Origin: Kiritimatiellia bacterium
GTDB lineage: Bacteria > Verrucomicrobiota > Kiritimatiellia > JAAZAB01
NCBI GenBank assembly: GCA_040767085.1
Contig: JAXGPF010000003.1
Location: 96,001-160,000, forward strand
Reading direction: 5' to 3'
DNA length: 64,000 nt
Below are positions 29,195-36,483 of the stretch, in pieces; within the stretch, counting starts at the first letter, position 1, and every line of letters starts with the position of its first letter. The notes under the pieces were generated by a model. It was not told the DNA's origin. It searched no databases and saw only the letters and a program-made list of their open reading frames with translations. Both the position numbers and the translations under genes were made by a program.

Positions 29195-29852
29195 CTGCGG
29201 ATTCCTTTTTCCCCAACTCCAGGAAATGCATGGGCGGATATTCGCGGATTGGCGTTGGGATGAAGACGTCTTCCCCCAGATCGGAGAAAAGCGGCAGTTC
29301 CTTCATGCCCTCGTGCGTCAGCAGTCCGTGAAACGTGAAGTCCCTCCGTTTGAGCATGCTGCCGTTGACCGGCGACCATTCAGAAAATACGATATAATCC
29401 GGTTTTTTGCCGACTGTTTTCAAGGTCAGGGCGTCGCCCCAGATGATATTGCGCCCAAGGATGAAACGGACCGCCTCGCGGCATTTGTTCTTGGCGCGGT
29501 CCTCGAACAGCCGGGAATAAAAGTCACAATCGAACACGCCAAAAAGCCGGTGCCGGCACTGGTGGACATTGTCCTCCAGGATGTCAATGCCGTAGATCGA
29601 AGAGACGGCCAGGACGGCATAACGCTCGAAGTCCAGTTGCGACTTGCCGTAGCGCTTTTCCACCACGGCGAGTTTCCGTTCCAGAATGGCCGTCAGGAAA
29701 TTCCCATTGCCGCAAGCCGGTTCGAGGAAGCGGGAATCAATCCGGTCCGTTTCCTGTTTCACGAGGTCGAGCATGGCGTTGACCTCGCGTTTGCCGGTCA
29801 ACACCTCGCCATGCTCGGCGACCCGCTGTTTCGATATGACTTGCGATTCCAT
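29181..29852 (-). CDS. Short SAM-binding DNA-methyltransferase-like protein with no visible catalytic motif IV
   Basis: RVAEHGEVLT, FLEPACGNGNFL, IYGIDI, NIIWGDAL; no NPPY/DPPY. Confidence 0.8.
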   Translation of the reverse strand: MESQVISKQRVAEHGEVLTGKREVNAMLDLVKQETDRIDSRFLEPACGNGNFLTAILERKLAVVEKRYGKSQLDFERYAVLAVSSIYGIDILEDNVHQCRHRLFGVFDCDFYSRLFEDRAKNKCREAVRFILGRNIIWGDALTLKTVGKKPDYIVFSEWSPVNGSMLKRRDFTFHGLLTHEGMKELPLFSDLGEDVFIPTPIREYPPMHFLELGKKESADDAD

Positions 29853-29936
29853 CTGTGATTTATTTTCGTGGCCTGACTCACTCAGAAGCGCCATTTCACG
29901 TATCACCAGCAGGCTCGATGCTCTTGTTCGAGCGCT

Positions 29937-30107
29937 TTATACAAACGAGTCGCAATACTTCTGCCATTTCTGAGCCAAGAACTGCAACCTGCCTTGCTTG
30001 TAGACCGCCTTTTTGCTGTTCGTCTGTTGCGCCATATGAATGACATCGAGAAGAGTGTTTGCTTCTTTTTTAGAAATGTCGAGCTTGTAATATTTCTGTG
30101 ATGACAT
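29937..30107 (-). CDS. Small hypothetical protein
   Basis: MSSQKYYK... preceded by GAGGTGGG; no recognised motif. Confidence 0.35.
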   Translation of the reverse strand: MSSQKYYKLDISKKEANTLLDVIHMAQQTNSKKAVYKQGRLQFLAQKWQKYCDSFV

Positions 30108-30296
30108 ACCCACCTCTAACACCGGCTGCGGAATTGGGGCCTGTTTCAGTTTCGGCACAATAACTACGCGAGGTATTATGACTCTTTCGTTAAGGACGAT
30201 AAAACGATATCATCCAGCAAGTCCTCTGCGATCACGTTGGGTTGGGAAATCAGAGCTTCATATTCTTTTCTGGTCATCTTTTATCCTTTTGCTCGA

Positions 30297-30434
30297 ATCA
30301 GGATAGAGGGGCGACTCGCGACTGCCTCCCCACCCCGCCTCGTGACGACGCAGTTGCCCTTTCGCTTCCCTTCGGCTTCTCCTTCACCTGGCGTGGGTAC
30401 TTGCACACCACAAGTTACGTGCCATCCCCGGCAC
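30297..30434 (-). ncRNA. 138-nt group IIC intron remnant inserted in an attC site
   Basis: First about 110 nt nearly identical to the 5' end of 21384-21779, joined directly to CGCGAGTCGCCCCTCTATCCTGAT (domain VI end); domain V absent. Confidence 0.8.
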
Positions 30435-30498
30435 GCTCAGGCGCACCGGACGCCTGAAGCGACAGCGGAAGGCGGTACGGTGACGCCTGTTGTTCGGT
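30433..30498 (-). repeat. attC site split by the intron remnant (remaining TCGAG at 30292-30296)
   Basis: ACCGAAC AACAGGCGTCACCG...CGGTGCGCCTGAGC GT | intron | TCGAG. Confidence 0.8.
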
Positions 30499-30502
30499 TC
30501 GC

Positions 30503-31138
30503 TCATTCCATCAAGATTGCTGCAAGACCTTTTTCAGGATCCAGTATGAGTCCCGCCAGAGCGAGGAGCAATGCCAAACCCTGGCAGATGACGAGTTTGT
30601 TAGTCCAATAGCGCCGTTGCGCCTTCAGGTGCAGAATCCCGTGCTCGGTTTGCTTCACCATGCTGAAAAAGCTATGACTGGCAGTTCCAAGCAGGGCTAC
30701 CCTGCGAGCAGAGAGTTCGCGAGCTCTGTTTGCCCAATCAGTCGGCAGCGGTTGAACCAATTCGTCGGGCGGAGGCTGGCGGATTGAAGCGAGGAGAAGA
30801 CAAATTGCCTCAGTCATGCTTTCGAGATAAGCGTGTGCTGAGGCCGCTTCCATTTGGCGAACATCGGCGACGTCTTTGTCAGACTTGAGGACTTGGAGTA
30901 TCCGCTTCGCCTGTGCACTCGAAACGCTCTGCCAACTGACATCGGCTGCGCGAGCCACCGCCTGATTCGCCTCCGTATGGGCGATTCTCAGGTCAGCAAT
31001 CAGTTTTTCCTTCTTTTCGATTCTACTTTCAAATAATAGAGGCACGACTGAAAAGCCGACCGTGGCAACGAGCAAGAGCGCCGCGGACGCTACGAGGCAC
31101 AGAATGTGGATCAATGGGATTGCTTCGAGTGCTGTCAT
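30503..31138 (-). CDS. Hypothetical membrane protein (gene cassette)
   Basis: N- and C-terminal hydrophobic segments; bounded by attC sites. Confidence 0.65.
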   Translation of the reverse strand: MTALEAIPLIHILCLVASAALLLVATVGFSVVPLLFESRIEKKEKLIADLRIAHTEANQAVARAADVSWQSVSSAQAKRILQVLKSDKDVADVRQMEAASAHAYLESMTEAICLLLASIRQPPPDELVQPLPTDWANRARELSARRVALLGTASHSFFSMVKQTEHGILHLKAQRRYWTNKLVICQGLALLLALAGLILDPEKGLAAILME

Positions 31139-31157
31139 CCTTTCATCTTTCTCTTGA

Positions 31158-31217
31158 ACCGAACGTCGCAAATCAGCGGCGCGGTTTACCGCGTACGCTG
31201 GATTTGTCTTGTTGGGT
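31158..31217 (-). repeat. attC site
   Basis: ACCCAAC AAGACAAATCCAGCGTACGCGG-TAAA-CCGCGCCGCTGATTTGCGAC GTTCGGT; 60 bp. Confidence 0.85.
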
Positions 31218-31943
31218 TTCTCCATCTGTTGCGGTTGGAATGGCCTTGATTGCCTTCACACGTTGATCGTACTCGTACAGCGTGACCTTTATCTTCTGTC
31301 CTGTGTTGTCGCCTATGTATTGCGCGGCCGCGGCAAGCATGACGGGGAACACCTTTCTCAGGTCACCGGAAGAACCTGTGCTGAAGATGTCTGTCTTCCA
31401 AACCTGTTTCTCCTCTTCTGCCTTGCGGTACGCCGCAAGATCTAAAGCGTTGAGAGAAATGTAGCGGGTGAAGGTGACGTATGTTCCTGAGTATTGTCTG
31501 GAACCTACCACTCCATAGGTTGGGGTATGTGTTGTCGTCCCGGAATAGGTTGCGCTGTTTCCGTAGGAATACAGGGAACCGTATGTGTGCGACGAGGAGA
31601 CTCCAGTTTGCCCGTAAACGGGAGTCGAGTAGCTGTATTGATGTTGGGAAGGGTCAGAAATGTCGTAGTAGAGAAAGATGGCAATGTCAGCTTCGTCAAG
31701 ACCATCGGTCTTGATGAAGCCCTTCTGCTCAAGGGCACGATGGGTGTATGTTGCGAACTCCTGAAACTGGAGATCACCAGGGTTCACGCCCTTCTTTCCT
31801 GGAAACAAGAAGTACTTCCGGGCTGTGGGTTGGCCAGAACTGATGGAATCGATTCTTACATCGTAATGCGGCATCGTGGCGCAGCCAGAGCAAACCAGTA
31901 CAATCATCATTGGTACGATGGCCCATGACATGAAGTTCTTCAT
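31173..31943 (-). CDS. Lipoprotein, DUF4136-like (first cassette of the upstream array)
   Basis: Lipobox VCSGC; RBS GAGGAG; reads into attC. Confidence 0.75.
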   Translation of the reverse strand: MKNFMSWAIVPMMIVLVCSGCATMPHYDVRIDSISSGQPTARKYFLFPGKKGVNPGDLQFQEFATYTHRALEQKGFIKTDGLDEADIAIFLYYDISDPSQHQYSYSTPVYGQTGVSSSHTYGSLYSYGNSATYSGTTTHTPTYGVVGSRQYSGTYVTFTRYISLNALDLAAYRKAEEEKQVWKTDIFSTGSSGDLRKVFPVMLAAAAQYIGDNTGQKIKVTLYEYDQRVKAIKAIPTATDGETQQDKSSVRGKPRR

Positions 31944-31959
31944 TCTCTTGTCTCCTCAA

Positions 31960-32048
31960 ACCCAACAGTATTATTGAGCCTACTTCGTGAAATCTAACTG
32001 GCCGCATATAGCTGTGTCTTTTATAACCACAATGGTGGCCATTGTCAT
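31960..32048 (-). promoter_or_regulatory. attI-like site with cassette promoter, copy 2
   Basis: ATGACA(32048-32043)-17-TATAAA(32025-32020), then CGAAGTAGGCTCAATAATACT-GTTGGGT; the GTTGGGT is complementary to the cassette's own ACCCAAC. Confidence 0.72.
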
Positions 32049-32597
32049 ATATTTAATCTATTGACTATCAACTGATTATCCTGATCGCCTGCCTTCAAGA
32101 TCGGCTTTATGCATATCCATGAATTAGGCTTTATGCCGACAAACATCATAATCTGGATCAATGTAATTCATAAAGACTACCTGGAACGCTTTCTCGAAAA
32201 TATTTGATTATTTTAGGGATAGCTCCATTTTTTCAACACAGGCGCACACTGCTCGCAGTCAGATTACCTCAAAGCCATCCCCCATCTCAACGAAATGTCG
32301 AATCGGCAGCGCAAAACCAACGTTCATAACGCAATCCTGATTTATATCATTCGAACCGGATTATTAATTTATAGGACTGACCCCCTCTGTCTGACAAACG
32401 GTCATAGATGGGCTTGCCAGCGCGATAGTACGCCAAATGTTGGACAAAACTGACAACCAGTGGGTACTGGTTTCGGAATATGTCGGAATCGTATTTCATT
32501 CTTTGACACAACGTCGCGAGTCACCGGACAGTGTAAGACGCGCTCCGGCGTAGCGCACAGGGTCACAGGCGCACATGGTCAGACCTCAAATTAAAAC

Positions 32598-32828
32598 TTA
32601 ATATCTCATCCGCCGTGCCGCTCCAATGAGTTTATGTCTAACAATCGCCCGGCTGCCGCCACCCAACGCGCCCGTGTTTGATATTCCAATCTGGAACATC
32701 AAACGCGCAACATCTTGCTCGGGAATGGCGAACATATAATCTAGAGGGAACCGACCGCAGTTTCGTGCTACCGCTTTGTTGAGGTCTCCGTTGACTGCGT
32801 CGATTTCCTCTGTGGTTTCGATCTTCAT
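32598..32828 (-). pseudogene. ORF6N-domain fragment
   Basis: LNKAVARNCGRFPLDYMFAI...LMFQIGIS...GG. Confidence 0.6.
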
Positions 32829-32984
32829 CGCTCTGGCAGAACAACATTATCCAGCATTTTTTTAAATATAGATCAATCTCAGAAAATCGGCAATAAAATA
32901 ATTTTGATAAGTTCATGGATAACAAGTAATTATTACTAATTAGCATTGGGTGTTAATAACTTTACCCGGGCGCAGATGCACGGT

Positions 32985-33131
32985 CATCCACAGAAGATTT
33001 ATCCGCAGATTACGCAGATTTTCGCAGATTATTTTCTGAGGATCCGGCATCTGCGTTAATCTGCGTAATCTGTGGATTATTTCTCTGCTTCATCCGGAAT
33101 GATCATCCGCAGATTACGCAGATTTTCACAG
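32985..33131. repeat. GCAGAT palindromic repeat unit
   Basis: One full unit of about 104 bp plus the start of a second, matching 26968-27150. Confidence 0.85.
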
Positions 33132-33141
33132 GCACGTGTGA

Positions 33142-33726
33142 TCACCGCCGCGGTTTACCGCGTACGCCGGATTTGCTTTTTTGCGCTTTTAATTTCAGAC
33201 GTTCCCGAATTTGTTTGAATTGGTCGCGCATGCCTTCGGCGACAGACCATCTTTCGATTTCTTTGATGTCTATCTTATTATTGCAGGCTACGGCAACCGC
33301 TTGGTCAAGGCACTGTCGATCATGATCGTGATAGAACCAAGTGAGTCTGTCTTTGACACAGTCGGTGGGCGATATGATCAGGAGCATTCCAGTGGCTGTT
33401 TTAATCTTTAGAATGTCCTTAACAGGTTCTTCCCCGACGGCTGGGGGGCCTTGAGGAAACTCGATAAACAGGTCGGTATCCGGGTGTTTGAAATATCGTC
33501 CGTTTTCGGAAAATCCCAGTTCCTGCATTGCCGCGCGAAGCTCGCTGCGCTTGGGTGCCATTAGCGCAGTGTGTATCAGGTCCAAGTCCATTGACAGATA
33601 TTTCCCCCGGCTGTAGATTGAGACACAGGCCCCGCCGGACAGCACCACGTCTATGCCTCTGACGCGCAGGCGCTCCTGTATGAAAGCGGCAAGTTCCGCT
33701 CTGTCCATTTCGCTGATTGACTTCAC
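33142..33726 (-). CDS. Nucleotidyltransferase-fold protein (possible toxin of a TA pair)
   Basis: VVLSGGACVSIYS...SMDLD (GG..DxD); ends in an attC remnant. Confidence 0.7.
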   Translation of the reverse strand: MKSISEMDRAELAAFIQERLRVRGIDVVLSGGACVSIYSRGKYLSMDLDLIHTALMAPKRSELRAAMQELGFSENGRYFKHPDTDLFIEFPQGPPAVGEEPVKDILKIKTATGMLLIISPTDCVKDRLTWFYHDHDRQCLDQAVAVACNNKIDIKEIERWSVAEGMRDQFKQIRERLKLKAQKSKSGVRGKPRR

Positions 33727-34052
33727 AATGGTTTTCCAAGACGCCTGGGCCTGCGCCTGTTCATAATAAGTTTTTCTTTCAAGTCTTCAGGACAGAACGT
33801 CATCACCTTGACAAGAAGATTTTTAAGCTCCGCCAGGAACGGACAACGAGGATTGAATGAATACAACCTTGTCCGTCCGACAGACCGGCTGCGGAGAATG
33901 CCTCCGATCTCAAGTCGATCAAGCTGGTTTCGAATAGGCTTGTAATCAACGCCGAAAAAACGTGCTATTTCGCGTGGATAACCCTCTCCGCGGGCTGAAA
34001 TGAACAACAAGACTTGTTCGCAACTTCTTGAACCAACCAAATATTCCAGCAT
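33723..34052 (-). CDS. Winged-helix (ArsR-like) DNA-binding protein
   Basis: YPREIARFFG...IRNQLDRLE.GGIL.SR.VGRTRLY; 4-bp overlap with the downstream gene. Confidence 0.8.
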   Translation of the reverse strand: MLEYLVGSRSCEQVLLFISARGEGYPREIARFFGVDYKPIRNQLDRLEIGGILRSRSVGRTRLYSFNPRCPFLAELKNLLVKVMTFCPEDLKEKLIMNRRRPRRLGKPL

Positions 34053-34469
34053 TGGCCATACTCCTCAACCTTGCATTAATTGATGTCATGCATGCATCAC
34101 ATGATGCACTATTTACATCAATATACATCGGACATTTTTAACACGCAAGATTATTCTACCTGAATTTTGCACCGCGCAAGTTTGGCGCAGGGCGCGGCGC
34201 GAGGGGTGCCGCTGTATAAATATACCGCAAATCCCCGAGCAACAAAGCCCTGCACCAAAAACTTGTCCGCCATAGTCGGACGGCGGCGGATCGCGCGGCT
34301 GGCTGCCGGCGAATATTGGTGTTTCCGGAAAATTTACTTGTGTAACCATATGGGTGATAGCAAATAACTGTGCAAATATTAATTTGCACTCGCTATGATT
34401 GCTTTAAATCATTTCAACACCAATATTCGTGCAAAATTCAGGTTCTACAGAATTCCTGGTTCTGCCATT

Positions 34470-34544
34470 ATCCTGGTTTTTAACCAGCCGGTCGTTGATG
34501 TATTTATGCAGGACGCTCGACAACAGCGTTTGGTACGGCATCCC
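34470..34544 (-). pseudogene. C-terminal remnant of a second RHH antitoxin
   Basis: GMPYQTLLSSVLHKYINDRLV matches GLPYQTLMASILHRYAAGRFV of 21788-22108. Confidence 0.65.
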
Positions 34545-34576
34545 TTTACAGGCGCACAGGGCCAGACTTCAAATTA

Positions 34577-34750
34577 GGATTACGCAGATTTTCGCAGATT
34601 ATTATCAGAAGATCCGGCATCTGCGTTAATCTGTGAAATCTGCGGATTATTTCTCTGCTTCATCCGGAATGATCGTCCGCAGATTACGCCGATTTTCGCA
34701 GATTATTATCAGAAGATCCGGAATCTGCGTTAATCTGCGTAATCTGCGGA
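34577..34750. repeat. GCAGAT palindromic repeat, nearly two tandem units
   Basis: Same unit and same linker TTCTCTGCTTCATCCGGAATGAT as 33001-33130. Confidence 0.85.
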
Positions 34751-34893
34751 TTATTTCTTCCCATTGGACGCGTGGCGGTCAAGAGCCTGACCGTTCTACC
34801 AAATTCAGGACAATTACGAAAATATTAATAAGTCGGAACAGACGGCTCACGGCACGTTCGCCCTCCAGCGGAAGCAGAGCGGGACGGGGGCCG

Positions 34894-34976
34894 GTCCTGA
34901 GCTTGTCGAATGGGCGTCCCGGCTCCAACGGGAACAGAGTGCGAAGAGGGCTTGTCCTGAGCTTGCCGAATGGGCG
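34894..34976. repeat. REP-like GTCCTGAGCTTG(T/C)CGAATGGGCG, two direct copies
   Basis: Copies near 34894 and 34954; related reverse copy CCCTCGACAAGCTCGGG near 41124-41141. Confidence 0.65.
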
Positions 34977-36212
34977 TTACCGGTCCAGCCAGCGGCCGTC
35001 GAAGAGCAGATTGATGTCGCGCTGGATTTCCGCGCGCGTTACAAGCCAGCCGGCGCGGGCCAGGTCGAGGTATTTCTGGCTCAGGACGTCGCCGATGATG
35101 CCCCGGGAATGCCGCCATTTATAGATGAGCTGGTCGAGCACGCGGGCGTCGGAATGCTGGGGAATGAACGACAAACCGAGCATTTCCAGGCGCATGGCGG
35201 TAATCTCCCGGATGAGCGACGGGTTGTTCAGGAACCACCAGCAGCCGAATGGCAGCAGATTCTTGAACTTGCGCGCGGCCACGCAGAGCGCGTGCATGTT
35301 CTCGCGCGCCAGCATGGTCACCATGAACCGGACGTCGCCGAAATCCCGCGCCAGGTATTCCACCGTCTCCATCAGGGCGCAGCCCACGGAGTCGCCGGCA
35401 AGGACCAGGTCGGGGTTGACCAGTTTCCGGACGCCGATCATCATCGCCACGGGAATCCCGCGCTCGCGCGCGACGGGAATGGCCGCTTTGACCATGAGGT
35501 TTGTGATGCTGGATTCCACGTCGGGATAGCGGAAATCCGGCGGCAGACTGATGGCCAGGTAGCGCGCGTCCATTTTGTCGCACCACTCCATCAGGTACCG
35601 GCGCACTTCGGCCAGGGTCGGACCGGAAAGCGAGGTATCCGTCCGGTACCCCATCTGGCGCAGCCGCCCTGCCCCGGCCGGCCAGTTCATCAGGGCGCTG
35701 TCCAGGCGCAATACCGCCAGGAACCGGGAATCGCGCTGAAAGCCCCGCAGCCACACCGGCTGCTCCGCCGGATCCAGCGGATCGTTGGTCATGTAAACCT
35801 TGCGGATACCGGCCAAATCCAATACGCGGTCGGTATAGTCCCGGACATTCTGCCCGGCGAAATACTCGCGGTAGGTTTTCAGCGACCGCGCCGCGACATC
35901 CAGGCCCAGGGCGTCCAGCACCGTCAGCACCCCCCGGCAGGCTTCGGATACCGGCGAGCGTTTGACGAACAGTTCCTCCCAGACCAGTTCTGCCTGCCGG
36001 GCCTTGGGTTCCGCCAGGAAGTTCCGGCATTCCCAGTCCGGCCGGGCGCGCATGACTTCCGCCAGCAGGTAGTGATATGTCAGCAGTTCGTCAATCCCCC
36101 AGAGCAGCAACGGCCCCATGGCGGGATCGAAGGTATGGGTATGGATGTCGGTGATGGGCGTGGATGCCATTAATTCACTGACTGCCGCGCGTATTTCCGT
36201 TTCCTGGTTCAT
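34977..36212 (-). CDS. uxaC: Glucuronate isomerase-like amidohydrolase-fold protein
   Basis: ITDIHTH, WGIDELLTYHYL, GCWWFLNNP, QHSDARVLDQLIYKW. Confidence 0.82.
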   Translation of the reverse strand: MNQETEIRAAVSELMASTPITDIHTHTFDPAMGPLLLWGIDELLTYHYLLAEVMRARPDWECRNFLAEPKARQAELVWEELFVKRSPVSEACRGVLTVLDALGLDVAARSLKTYREYFAGQNVRDYTDRVLDLAGIRKVYMTNDPLDPAEQPVWLRGFQRDSRFLAVLRLDSALMNWPAGAGRLRQMGYRTDTSLSGPTLAEVRRYLMEWCDKMDARYLAISLPPDFRYPDVESSITNLMVKAAIPVARERGIPVAMMIGVRKLVNPDLVLAGDSVGCALMETVEYLARDFGDVRFMVTMLARENMHALCVAARKFKNLLPFGCWWFLNNPSLIREITAMRLEMLGLSFIPQHSDARVLDQLIYKWRHSRGIIGDVLSQKYLDLARAGWLVTRAEIQRDINLLFDGRWLDR

Positions 36213-36227
36213 ATATCACGCCCTCTC

Positions 36228-36285
36228 GTCTGTGTCATCCGCGGATTATTTTTTATCCACAGATTACGCAGATTTTCGCAGATTA
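36228..36285. repeat. GCAGAT repeat arms, partial unit
   Basis: TCTGTGTCATCCGCGG...CCACAGATTACGCAGATTTTCGCAGATT. Confidence 0.7.
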
Positions 36286-36483
36286 TTTTACCTGAATACG
36301 GCAAACGGAAAATCCTCTCACCCGCCTTCGTCAAGACTACGGTGGGCAAGCCCAAGCCACCAAGAAAGCACCAGCAGGAACTGCCGCATAGCAGCATGTT
36401 TTCCTTCACCGCTCGTCCTTCGTGGCTTAGTGTCTTTGTGAGATAATAAAGCGGGTTTCCACGGGAAGTTACTGAACCTGAAT

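Noticed and set aside
30105-30160. Additional attC with core GTTAGAG before the small ORF
   Set aside because: No matching R'' or convincing hairpin was found.
26968-34750. GCAGAT tandem units as a CRISPR array
   Set aside because: The linkers are conserved rather than unique spacers, there are at most two units per locus, and no cas genes are visible.
19459-34750. Integron integrase gene
   Set aside because: No ORF with tyrosine-recombinase motifs was recognised in the window.
34395-35124. ORFs 34395-34577, 34429-34629 and 34633-35124
   Set aside because: They are translations of repeat DNA and of the antisense antitoxin remnant.
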